A DNA stretch of 62,995 nucleotides, filler included, from Stramenopiles sp. TOSAG23-2 (lineage: Eukaryota), in the NCBI GenBank assembly GCA_900128395.1. It is 39 parts of 39 records of this genome, joined end to end, with 100 filler letters (N's around TTAATTAATTAA, not from the genome) between each part and the next. Parts side by side here need not be neighbours in the genome. Positions count along the whole stretch, not along the records: positions 35,492 to 36,703 come from LT653454.1; positions 36,804 to 38,014 come from LT653455.1; positions 38,115 to 39,325 come from LT653456.1; positions 39,426 to 40,636 come from LT653457.1; positions 40,737 to 41,947 come from LT653458.1; positions 42,048 to 43,257 come from LT653459.1; positions 43,358 to 44,567 come from LT653460.1; positions 44,668 to 45,877 come from LT653461.1; 31 more parts are not named here. The stretch is one strand, 5' to 3'. Below are positions 36,590 through 48,274 of the stretch, piece by piece. The position numbers and the translations under genes are program-made. Position 1 is the first letter of the stretch; each line of letters starts with the position of its first letter. The notes under the pieces were generated by a model, which was given only the letters and a program-made list of their open reading frames with translations, had not been told where the DNA came from and searched no databases.

Positions 36590-36803
36590 CTTTTGTTAAA
36601 ATTAATATATATATATATTTATAAATATATATGATTGATTATATATTGCACATACAAATATTAATAGAATGAAATAATTATTAATAAATATGTACTGAAC
36701 AAGNNNNNNNNNNNNNNNNNNNNNNNNNNNNNNNNNNNNNNNNNNNNTTAATTAATTAANNNNNNNNNNNNNNNNNNNNNNNNNNNNNNNNNNNNNNNNN
36801 NNN

Positions 36804-37962
36804 AAACCATTCAGAACCAAGCCATTGTGAAGATGAATCCTGTTTTTTCTTTAGAAACCTATTCATTTCCCACAGGGTAAAAACAGACATGTCTTTTGGC
36901 AAATCTATTTTTGGTTGTCCTGCTCGCATCAATTCTAATTCATACTCTTCCTTTGATTTTTCTTTATTACGCTCTCTTGCGAAATACAGGAATTTCACTG
37001 CAAATGTAAAAAAAGCTACACCTATTGAGACGGTTCTACCTAATGCAACAAGGCCTTCCTGTACAAGACCTATACCGGCTGGCGAGAGCATTGCCAGCAT
37101 TCCATGACCTAAAGCAACGGGAAAAATACCAAACACGAAGCAATCTCTAATATATTGATCTAGTTTAGTTAAATATGTTACATTTGGTCTATGCGACCCC
37201 AAAACCACACTAGTTAAGGTAACTATTGACAAAAGTAAAAGCATAAAGCCATAATCACTATCAACAACAAAAGCAGAAAGCCATGAAAGAAACACGCAAA
37301 TGTTGGCAAATGGCATTGTTACGTAAACAGCTGCACCTGGTTTCCGTTTTACACTTATGCAAACATTTAAAGCACTATAAGACGAGGAGGTGAAAGATTC
37401 ACTTTTTGGTGTTAAATCTGTTTTAACTCCGTGGCACTCTATTTTCCACTCCCTACATAAAGGCACATCACCACGTTTTATTCTAGTACCTAAAAAAAAG
37501 ACTGGCTGTCGCCCAAATGTTGCAATATCGCATGGATGCGTAGCTTGTATTATCAATTTTAAATTATGGCGATCGAAGGGATAGGTGCGAGCATCTAATG
37601 GATAATACGTTCTGACCCTTGCGTGTGTTGTTTGTTTGCAAGTACCTGAGTTGGCATTCAATACACGAAATTTATCTGGACGTACACAATGTATGTCAAC
37701 AGCATTTGCTATAAAAAATTGTCTAGGTACATTTTCCCAAAGATCTTTCTTATCTTTTTTCCCCCTTTTTTTTTTTCCCACTACGGCGTCCACTACCATA
37801 GACTTTACCTGTGGCGCCCGTAGTCTGTTCTGGTACTCCTTTTAATGCGGGATCAGAGAAATAAACTAAAACTTGAACTTCCCAAGAAACGTGTAACATA
37901 TCTGGTTCAATATGAACATCCAATACTTGAACGCATATGCTCAACTCTCTTGGCTTTACCAT
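36804..37962 (-). CDS. Divergent pentameric ligand-gated ion channel (Pro-loop, GLIC-like) with a frameshift in a homopolymer tract at about 37755-37780
   Basis: N-terminal ORF has VQVLDV...YFSDPAL; the main ORF has LDARTYPFDRHNL, SYSAL...VKRKP, four hydrophobic helices and PNVTYLTKLDQY. Confidence 0.75.
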
Positions 37963-38114
37963 GATAGATTATAAGGTTGTATTTTAAATAAAGGCAAAGA
38001 GGCTAAGAAACGATNNNNNNNNNNNNNNNNNNNNNNNNNNNNNNNNNNNNNNNNNNNNTTAATTAATTAANNNNNNNNNNNNNNNNNNNNNNNNNNNNNN
38101 NNNNNNNNNNNNNN

Positions 38115-39325
38115 CCATGGTAGAGATGGAAAAGATGGCATACATGGAAAAGATGGCATACATGGAAAAGATGGCATACATGGAAAAACTGGCCCACAAG
38201 GTATTCAAGGTCCAAAAGGAACAGCCGGTAATACTGGGCCGCAAGGTGAGCAAGGGGAACAAGGCCATACTGGCCGTGATGGTTTGAAAGGTCTAAAAGG
38301 TGATGCAGGGAATGATGGCAAGACTGGTGAGAAAGGATCAAAAGGCGAGAAAGGTATTGCTGGTGAGAAAGGCATCAAAGGTGAAGCGGGAAATGATGGT
38401 ATTGGTTTGCATTTGAAAACGTTTAAAGTTGGTGATCGATACAGTAAGGGTGATTACGTATTTGAAAAATCCACTAGAAATGATCATGAAGAGAAAACGA
38501 TGTACATTGCACAAAAATCATTTACAGCAGATGTTGAACCGTATAAAAATAAAAATGGTGCTTGGGTTGAATTCCATGCACCAAAAGGCCCTGCTGGTGA
38601 GAAAGGGGAACAAGGTGTGAAAGGTGAAAAAGGTGAGAAAGGTGAGAAAGGTACAGTAGGTAAAGATGGCGAAAAAGGCGATACTGGCGCTCAAGGTCCT
38701 GCCGGAAGAGATGGCGCTGATGGAACAACTGGTCCAGAAGGTAAACAAGGCAATGTAGGAACAGCTGGTCTACGTGGAAGTACTGGTCCAAAAGGTGAAA
38801 AAGGTACAGCAGGTGAAGATGGACAAAGAGGCAATACAGGCCCACAAGGTCCTAAAGGCGACAATGCTAATAGATGTTGCAAAATGTGCAAAGCAGGAAT
38901 AGCATGTGGGGACACCTGCATTTCAAAAGACGCAACATGCAGTAAACCAAAAGGTTGCGCTTGCAATGCAATAACACTAGATGGCTCTGGCTCAGGCTCA
39001 GGCTCAACACATCCAAGCTACTCTGCTCATGATAGTTATTTACTAGGCTCAGGCTCAGGTTCAGGCTCAGATTTAGGTTCAGGCTACGGTTCAGGCTCAG
39101 GCTCAAGCTCAAGACGTCCAAGCCTAGGCTCAGGCTCAGGCTCAGATTTAGGTTCAGGCTACGGTTCAGGCTCAGGCTCAAGACATCCAAGCTACGGTTC
39201 AGGCTCAGGTTCAGAGAAAGCGGCAGAAGAAGCAAAAAAAGAAGAAGATAAGAAAAAGGAGGAGAGATACAAGAAAGCGGCAGAAGAAGCAAAAAAGAAG
39301 GCGAAAGAGGAAGCGGAAAAGAAAG
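38115..39325 (+). CDS. Collagen-like protein with the same globular module as 32868-34079, a Cys-rich motif, GS repeats and a charged helix; internal fragment
   Basis: Gly-X-Y tracts; GLHLKTFKVGDRYSKGDYVF...MYIAQKSFTA...WVEFHAP; CCKMCKAGIACGDTCISKDATCSKPKGCAC. Confidence 0.85.
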
Positions 39326-39426
39326 NNNNNNNNNNNNNNNNNNNNNNNNNNNNNNNNNNNNNNNNNNNNTTAATTAATTAANNNNNNNNNNNNNNNNNNN
39401 NNNNNNNNNNNNNNNNNNNNNNNNNC

Positions 39427-40636
39427 ACAGAAGTTTATTTTGGAAATCATTGGTCAAAAGAAGCACCAAATCCTGATCTTGCTGCGAAAAATAAAACTAG
39501 TAAACCAGATATGTGTAAACGTGTCAATGCAATTGCTATTATTGACGATAGTACAAAATATGCATATCAATGTGCACCATTTTTAAAAAAAGTAATATTA
39601 TTTGGCAATTATGCATGGAATCAAGATTATAAAAGTAATAATAATAATAATAATTATAACAATAAGAATGATGATGATGAAACAAAACTAATTATTGTTG
39701 AAAACGAATTTGAAAATGTTGTACGTTTAACAACATGGATTGAAGTGGAAAAAGAATTGGAAACTTTATTAGTATCAAGATCTTCTAATCTAGGTAATAG
39801 CAAACAATATGTATATCCATCGAATGTACGACAAATTCATAATGGTTCTTTATTTCAATATACATCCATACCATGTTCATTACAAGCATTTGAATCTGGT
39901 GCAATTGGTTCTAGAAATATTGTCATTATGTTGGGTGGTGTAAGTTTCACTCTATATACTATATATAAATATCATCATCATTGTCACAATCTTCTTTTCT
40001 ATTACTAACACTCATATATTTTCATACACACTACATATATATATATATAAGTTAACAGATGGTTTATTAGCATGTTCGTATGTACCATTATTATCATCCA
40101 AATGTTTACAATATTCATTTGCTTTGATTCAACCAATTTTACGTAGTAGTTATTGTCAATTTGGGACACAAACATTGGATACGGATGTGGAAGATTTAAA
40201 TAATCTTGTTAAATTTCTAAAAGAAACACGTGGAAATGATATACAAGTATCTATTATTGGACATTCAACTGGATGTCAAATTGCTGTACATTTTTGTAAA
40301 ACTTCCCAGTTTGCAAAAGATTGTATTGAAAAAATTATATTACAAGCACCTGTAAGTGATCGAGAAGCTATGGTAATGGAAACATCTGGTGAATATGTTG
40401 AAAAATTAATTTCGAATGCAAATAAATGTGTTGAAAATGGAGAAAGTGATCAAATAGTACATATGTTATATGGTATTGCACCATTAACTGCACAACGAAC
40501 ATTAGATTTATATAGTAAAAATGGATTAGATGATATGTTTAGCTCTGATTTAACTTTAAATGAATTGAATAGTCGATTAGATCATATGAAATCATTTCAA
40601 ACATTAATTTCTATTTCATTAGAAGATCAATATGTT
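39427..40636 (+). CDS. Two-exon fusion gene: NT5C-like HAD phosphatase C-terminus plus DUF1749 alpha/beta hydrolase; truncated at both ends
   Basis: Exon 39427-39939: KPDMC...IIDDS...LFGNYAWN...VRLTTWIEV...IVIMLGG. Exon from 40052: LTDGLL...LRSSY...GHSTGCQ...LQAPVSDRE...DDMFSSDL. Confidence 0.85.
39940..40051 (+). other. Spliceosomal GT-AG intron, 112 nt, phase 0
   Basis: GTAAGT donor, TACTAAC branch site at 40003-40009 and AG acceptor. Splicing restores the conserved GGLTDG motif. Confidence 0.9.
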
Positions 40637-40736
40637 NNNNNNNNNNNNNNNNNNNNNNNNNNNNNNNNNNNNNNNNNNNNTTAATTAATTAANNNNNNNN
40701 NNNNNNNNNNNNNNNNNNNNNNNNNNNNNNNNNNNN

Positions 40737-41947
40737 TTTTAACTCCAGCGGCAACCCCATTAAATCGTATTCAATAGTCGCATGTCCAAAGTTGGGTATA
40801 TAAACCCATGGGTATTCTGATGGATCTCTAACGATTAAAGGTAAAATCGGGTTCTCTAATGTACCATTTAAAGTACACGGAATTTCTTGTATTTCTGTTT
40901 TCAGCTCATCTGAATACGAATGGCAAGATTTTAGCGTATTGATATATATTTGAGGTCTTCGATTCACATGCAATGCTTTTTTGTAACCTTGGATACCATC
41001 GTAAAGCGGATTTTGCCCCCATTTGCCTTTTATCCAGCGATCTCCTACCACTAATTGGGCATCGGATGGGACTTGTGCTATTCTATATATTTTTGCCATT
41101 TCCAATTTCAACGACGTTGTCGGCCTAGCAAAAGGTTCAGTCCTACCTGCTTCAAATCGTGGCTCATAGATTAGCACAACGTCGTCCTGGCGGATAGGAC
41201 AGAAGTAAGGCAATGGATCATCCTCAACTTTAAACGTTGCAGCTCCTACGTTACCAAACATATTCTTGTACATTGGGATGTTGTTTGACGCGCATGTCCA
41301 ATCGATAATGCATGCCGCTGCGGAGAGCGAATTGGTATCTGACTTTGTACCAGTTGGGCAAAGATAGTCTTCCCAATTAATTTTACATTCAAACGTCGAT
41401 ATTTTAAATGGTAGAACGACGCCAGATTGATCCCGCGCTTCGCACCTTTCTTCATCGCAGTAGTAATCACCAGAGCCATCCGTTTGTTTATTTTTGACCC
41501 TCAAAGTATGTCTTGTAGAGCATAACAGTAGCTGATCTCTAGCTTTATTCGCCAATTTATACCCAACACATCCTTTTTTAAGGCAGAAATTATTCCGTTG
41601 ATATGTAAGAGATGCACATGTTGCATATGACGCATATTGGCCTGTGCATAGTGGCACATGATTTTTAATATTTTTTATTACAGAAAATGAAATTTTCTCA
41701 AAATCTATTCTACTTTTCAAGTTTCCTTCAGCGTTCACCTTTGTCCCGTATTCAATTTGGTGGCACGACTTTACATTTTGTGGACTGCACATAACAGAGT
41801 ACGGCCCTAGAATCATTGTCACATAATATAATGCTGAATCTGGATCAGGTTCATAATTAGCCAGTTCCAATTGTATCCTAGCCAGTTCCGTCTCTTCCTC
41901 CGTTGTTGCCAACTTTTCATATCCTGTGCAATTCACCCATTCTACAC
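40737..41947 (-). CDS. Internal fragment of a large Cys-rich, probably extracellular protein
   Basis: About 400 codons open across the contig; family not recognised. Confidence 0.6.
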
Positions 41948-42072
41948 NNNNNNNNNNNNNNNNNNNNNNNNNNNNNNNNNNNNNNNNNNNNTTAATTAAT
42001 TAANNNNNNNNNNNNNNNNNNNNNNNNNNNNNNNNNNNNNNNNNNNNGTGCCATGTCAAGTCATTTCCAAAT

Positions 42073-43257
42073 TTACCCCCCAAATGACGTAGCATTGATT
42101 ATCAACGAGAGAGACTGATTTTCTGCACAGTCTCCGGAAACACGAATGCCACAGTCCAGTATAAACTTTGTCGATATATGAACTGTATGATTCCCTGGAC
42201 CCACAGCATTAACCCGAACAAAAGGCTTACCACCACATTCCTCCAGCTGATATCTGTATTCATCCTTTGAAATGACATCAGGGTGAATCTGATTGTTAGC
42301 TGGCGAAACACCCGTGAACAGTAACGGCTTTCGATATCCGCTTCGATTAGAAGGAAACACCAGCGGCGTCGTTTGCAACAACGAGCGATTGAATGAGAAC
42401 TTGGGGGGCTGAAATAGAAAATATTCTTTATCATGCGACTTTTTTTTATTTGTGATCTCCATACAATTAGACTTCCCACCGACACTACATATATTCTTGC
42501 GATCTAAAATAAACGGAACACGATCACCCATAAACATCAAAAAGATATCACTCTCTGAGTCTTTTGGGCCAAGATTCAAGGAAGTCTGGGGCATGGGGTT
42601 CACACACACAAATTTGTCGTTGCCATCACCTAAGCCAATGGTAGCACCATTGCTTATACGTACCAAATCTTCAGCATACATTACATCGTTACCGGCATGT
42701 GTGTAAACTACAAGGGTTTTCGATCTCACACCATGTGCAAAAATTTTATCGCTACTACCACCTAATGACAAATGAAGGTGTGTTGTCGCTCCTCCGTACG
42801 CAACAGCACACGCGGCACGATGACACACGTCTCTTGCAAATGCCTCTCCAATCGTGCTGCAGAACGCTTTTGTTGGCGGAGGAGACGAAGACGAGTGTTG
42901 TGTTGCGAAGATGGATCCTCTAAGAGGATAAGCAGGTATAATATTTTCAATATCAGCATGGTTGATGCATCCATCATCTATGCTAAAATGTTGTGACGGT
43001 GCTAAATGGGAGGAGCCAGATATAAATGTAACGTTCGTCGTGATAGATGTACTTCCTGCGATTGCAAGCATAGACTTCGCACCACGTAGAGGATGTTCTA
43101 TGCAATTGAGACCATTTTTTGCACAATCGTTTTCACGAACAGTGTGGGAACCCATTGGAAGTATACCGATGTGAACCTCGTGGGCGTTAAAAATGTAGGT
43201 TGGTGCTGTGTATCTTTCTACATAAATAACATTTCGTAGCGACACCGGTTTGGCGTA
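42073..43257 (-). CDS. Fragment of a large protein with RTX-like/beta-roll motifs
   Basis: Long ORF containing GGSSDKI, THAGNDVMY and GLGDGNDKF. Confidence 0.5.
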   Translation of the reverse strand, partial: YAKPVSLRNVIYVERYTAPTYIFNAHEVHIGILPMGSHTVRENDCAKNGLNCIEHPLRGAKSMLAIAGSTSITTNVTFISGSSHLAPSQHFSIDDGCINHADIENIIPAYPLRGSIFATQHSSSSPPPTKAFCSTIGEAFARDVCHRAACAVAYGGATTHLHLSLGGSSDKIFAHGVRSKTLVVYTHAGNDVMYAEDLVRISNGATIGLGDGNDKFVCVNPMPQTSLNLGPKDSESDIFLMFMGDRVPFILDRKNICSVGGKSNCMEITNKKKSHDKEYFLFQPPKFSFNRSLLQTTPLVFPSNRSGYRKPLLFTGVSPANNQIHPDVISKDEYRYQLEECGGKPFVRVNAVGPGNHTVHISTKFILDCGIRVSGDCAENQSLSLIINATSFGG

Positions 43258-43357
43258 NNNNNNNNNNNNNNNNNNNNNNNNNNNNNNNNNNNNNNNNNNN
43301 NTTAATTAATTAANNNNNNNNNNNNNNNNNNNNNNNNNNNNNNNNNNNNNNNNNNNN

Positions 43358-44567
43358 AGCATTGCCGAAACTTTGTGCAGCTTTCATTTGTTATAACAAG
43401 TTTAAAATACATTGCAGCTGGTTTTATTGTATATCGTGAAAATACAAATTCTGCAGTTGAGCAAATGCAATTTAGAGGACTTCACATTGGAGAAGCTTTG
43501 GTAGGATTGGACATTTTTTTAATAGTTTCAGCTGTGATAGTTGGTGTGCATGCCATATTCGCATTGAAAAAAAAAACGTCAAAGCCGAGTATGACCCAAA
43601 TCTTAGCAGCAAGGCGAAATTTTAGCAAGGGTATTACCAAAGTAGTGCCGACAACAGAGCGAAAACCAGGTGCTGACTTGGAAGCATTGAAAGCCGTAAG
43701 AAATAAACATGGGGCGCATTCTAACGAATATAAAGCAGTGTTACAAGAAATCAGCGCTATGAGAAATATGGAAAAAAAAGCCAAAGAAGCAAAGGAACTG
43801 TATGAACCAAGAGGATCTGAGGAAGACATCGGAGTTTATACCGATATAAAATGTGGTAAAAATCATGGATTGGTGCGATTCACTGCTGACGATGACGATT
43901 ATGGATGCGATGTATGCCAAAGTACCATTGAAATGGGAACATACGTTTACGGGTGTGATAAATGTGATTGGGATATGTGTAGCAAGTGCGAAGAGAAAAA
44001 ACAAAAAGAATACGACATTAAATATGGTGCCCATACTGACATGAAATGTGACAAGGGTCATAATATAATCAGATTTGAGACACGTAGTGCTCATAGTGCA
44101 TGCAGTATATGCAACGCCAATATACCTCATGCAACATACTTATTGAATTGCTGGAAATGTAATTGGAATATGTGCCTAAATTGTGAAGAAACAAGACACC
44201 AGAAGATTAATAAAGAAATTGATGTGAAAAATCAAAAAATAGCGGACGGAATAAAAGTTCGAGGAAGTAAGGATGATGTTGGTGTTCACACTGATATGAA
44301 GTGTCTTAAAAATCACGGGCTGATACGACACATGGTACATGATGACAATACAACTTGTCATGTTTGTAAATCAAAGATTGCAGCAGGGACATTTATAGTT
44401 GGATGTGACAAATGTAATTGGGATATGTGTTTTAAATGTGAGGAGAAGAAGCAAAAAGAAACTAACGATCCTGGGGAACATACAATTCTCCTAGATGATA
44501 AAGGCCATAAACTAGTGAAATATATAGCACGTATTCATAATCAGTGTGATGTTTGTAATGAACATGT
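43358..44567 (+). CDS. Membrane protein fragment with tandem ZZ/DC1-like zinc-finger repeats
   Basis: Hydrophobic helices, then three full copies and one partial copy of C..xH.L...CxxC...GCxxCxWDMCxxC. Confidence 0.75.
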
Positions 44568-44961
44568 NNNNNNNNNNNNNNNNNNNNNNNNNNNNNNNNN
44601 NNNNNNNNNNNTTAATTAATTAANNNNNNNNNNNNNNNNNNNNNNNNNNNNNNNNNNNNNNNNNNNNTGCTACGTAATGCTAGCATCTCTAACCCTAACG
44701 TAAATGATCAAAATGCACAATATTTTTAGTAAACATGGTTCTACAGTTAAACTCCCAAGACCACGAGCTACAGACATTGTATATGTAATAAGTGACGGAT
44801 ATGCAACGTTTCAAAGTCTAATTTGAATAACTTCAATGAATATTTCCAACCTTTCCTGATTTTCACCATTTCGATGAAAAATGCTCTAATACTAACTCCA
44901 TGCTAACGTGCGATTAAAATATTTTTTTCAGCACTTTTCTTTAAAAACATAATTATACATG

Positions 44962-45642
44962 GAAACTCTCGGAGAAAAGTTAAATATATCACCTAAGATA
45001 TAGAAACTACAACATTTTATCAAAATTTTTTATATTGCATGTTCAAAATGAAGATTTGTAGCTCTCGTTAAAATGTATGTGAACAAAAATCGATTTGGAA
45101 TTCTAGGCCTTTTTCAAGCATGTTGACATATATTGTAAAATAGGGTATAATCGACACAATATATCTCAAGTCAATTAAAATATTAGTACAAAAATAGGTT
45201 CGATTCTTATTTCCACATGTATAGTGCCAAACCTAAGAGTAAGTTGACGACAACTGAGTGTCAGGAACATACTTTACTAACGACGTTTCAATTGCATGTA
45301 AATAGAAACTCTCGGAGAAAAGTTAAATATATCACCTAAGATATAGAAACTACAACATTTTATCAAAATTTTTTATGTCTCATGTTTAGAATGAAGATTT
45401 TTAGCTTCATTTAGAATTTATGTGAATGAAAATCAATCTGGAATTCTAGGCCTTTTTCAGGCATATGAAAATACATTGCAAAATGGGGTATAGTCGACAC
45501 AATATATCTATGCTCAATCAAAATATTAATACAAAAGTAGTATGAGATCTCATTTTCCCATGTATAGAGCCAATCTTAAGAGTAAGTTGATGACAACTGA
45601 GTGTCAGGAACATAGTTTACTAACGACGTTTCAATTGCATGT
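44962..45642. repeat. Diverged tandem duplication, unit about 343 bp
   Basis: GAAACTCTCGGAGAAAAGTTAAAT...ACGACGTTTCAATTGCATGT starts at 44962 and again at 45305. Confidence 0.9.
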
Positions 45643-45977
45643 TAAAGTACCCTTACTATGGAATAGGCTTGTAAAACCTTAATAAAAGTGACCAAAAATG
45701 TGCATTTTTTAGTGAAAAGTCATTTTGGGTCTAGCGTTTCATGTAAATGTAATATTTATTTTGGTTGGAGTTTAGAGATACAAGTTATATATATAAAAAA
45801 AGGATGTGGAACTTTATATGACTTCAAAATGTTGGGAATGATGTTTGGAGGCGTAATGCAAATTTGATATATCTGATNNNNNNNNNNNNNNNNNNNNNNN
45901 NNNNNNNNNNNNNNNNNNNNNTTAATTAATTAANNNNNNNNNNNNNNNNNNNNNNNNNNNNNNNNNNNNNNNNNNNN

Positions 45978-47181
45978 TGTTACAACTTGATCTTGTCTGC
46001 AAATATGTACATGATAAAACTGTTCGGCTAACGGGATAAACAGCATAAGCACCATCGCATACTTCATCTTCTTCCCATTTTAAACTTTGTATATATTTGT
46101 CCCGGGAAGAACATGACGCGTCTCTCCTAAATATGCCACTGCAATCAGTAAATATCGTTCTAGTGCTTGGGCAAATCGTAGTGTTTTGATTCATATGTTT
46201 TCTTTTACTGTAGGTACCAGATAATCCAGCAATAATCATTTTTCTATTCATGTTATTTACTAACGTTTTTATGGGTTCTTCCAAATTTGAAGTATTTAAA
46301 TAATAAGCATCTCCATCATTAATGGTATGTTTATATTCAACGCAGCACATTGGGTGCGTAATGTCAGTGATTCTAGTTTTGCTTTTTATCAGATGACTTG
46401 AAGTGATTAACTTGCCATAATTTTGTGGATAAAGAAGCGTGACAAATCCATTGATAGATATATCAAGAATTCCTGCACCATTTTTTCCACTTGTCGCACC
46501 AATCTTTGTACCCCAGAGTGTTGTCATTTGTATGAATAGATCCTCGTAATACGATTGGTTCGCCAAATATGCTGCAACATAATTGTTGTAATCACCATAA
46601 CTTGTAACATCGTTGTAAAACGTACTCCCTGAAATTGGCATGGATTCTTTTAATTCTTCACTTGACGCAAACTCATAATCAATATCGAGTTTTCCATTGG
46701 TACCAAAACATTTTTCCGACGCATCATTATACTGTGGTTGCACTTCAAACCATACCATACTGGATTCTATTGATGTTTCGTGTTCCCTTTGACCTGGCAT
46801 ATTAAGTCCAGCAGTTCGAGCTGGTGCTTTCGTCACGTTTGGTGGCCAGTTGGTAACATTATATTCACATGATTCGGTTCCACCTGGAGAGTATGCACCA
46901 TCTGTTATATTTTTTCCTACTTCAAAGTAGTTGTAACAATCCCGACACATTGGTTGTTTACTAGTGTCTATTTTCCAAGTACATCCATCTACAAATTTTC
47001 CATCTCGATTGTAACATCCATTGGTAAGACGCTTGTATGGACCAACGTAAATATTATTTGAAGGACAAGTTGATATATTAGTATTCCCGGATCCCCATAC
47101 TTCATTTCCTGCTCCTGGCCTTAGTTTGGAGTCTCCCGCAACAGCTTGTTGACAACTACCTACGTAAACGTATCCAAAATG
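45978..47181 (-). CDS. Fragment of a Cys-containing, probably extracellular glycoprotein
   Basis: About 400 codons open with several N-x-S/T sites; family not recognised. Confidence 0.6.
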
Positions 47182-48274
47182 TTAAANNNNNNNNNNNNNN
47201 NNNNNNNNNNNNNNNNNNNNNNNNNNNNNNTTAATTAATTAANNNNNNNNNNNNNNNNNNNNNNNNNNNNNNNNNNNNNNNNNNNNTATATAGGAAAAGT
47301 TTCACGCTTAATAGTATGTTATTTTTGTACTCAAAATAGTAGGTACACATCATGTACCATACACATAGGCAGGTTTTAAAAAGTAGGTACACAGCAGGTG
47401 TTAGTAGTGTGTGTATGTATTAAATACCATATGCACAGCATTAAACATTCTACATATTTACTCCCTGCTATCTCCATATGTAAAATTACATGTATTTTTT
47501 TTTCAATAGTGTGTAGTTATATTAAATTTTATGGATATTAAATAAAATATTATACTGATATGTATAATTCTTACCATAATCAATATAGTGATTATTTACT
47601 ATAATTACCTTAATTAAGATATCCTATATATTATTCTCTTATCTTCATTATTGATAAATAACATCCATATTTACTTGTTTAAGGATTATTATACATTAGT
47701 AACTAAATTTACATTACAAAAACTTTTGGTTTAATTGGATTTCTTTTATTAAATTTTTTTCTCAAATCCACGCATCACTGCCTTCTAAAACTTGCTGCTA
47801 ATGAGGTGCTAAATTAACAGAAAAATTTGTTGTAAGTTAATACAAAAAAATTTTCGTTAATTTTTCGTTGTTCTATTAATAGAATTGCTTTTTGATAGGA
47901 CCCGTGTAGTAAGAACATTCAAATACTAAAACGTATAGGAAAAAATGGATAGTTTCAAAATACATGTATAGAGAATGGTATACTAACGATTTGTGCACTG
48001 CGAGATCTCAAATTTTATTATTAGTTAATATCTTTCGTTCTTGCACTCCTGCTAGATCTAGCTACTGCGTACATGCCAGCATGCCTGGCATGCCCACAAC
48101 AATTAGGAATTCTTCTGAGCGCAAGCAACATACCTACATTCAACAATAACAAATCAAAAATACATAGATCCAAAAATCACAAAAAGACAAAATTAAAAGA
48201 AATCCAAAGTCATACAAAGTCACCATACAAAATAGTAGCCCACAACATACAATAATATACCAAAGAAAAACAAA

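Noticed and set aside
44687-44700. TAACCCTAAC as telomeric repeat
   Set aside because: Fewer than two full units; insufficient evidence.
1-47186. Apparent gene clusters across neighbouring segments (e.g. redoxin next to LarC, or the two collagens)
   Set aside because: The segments are separate contigs, so adjacency carries no linkage information.
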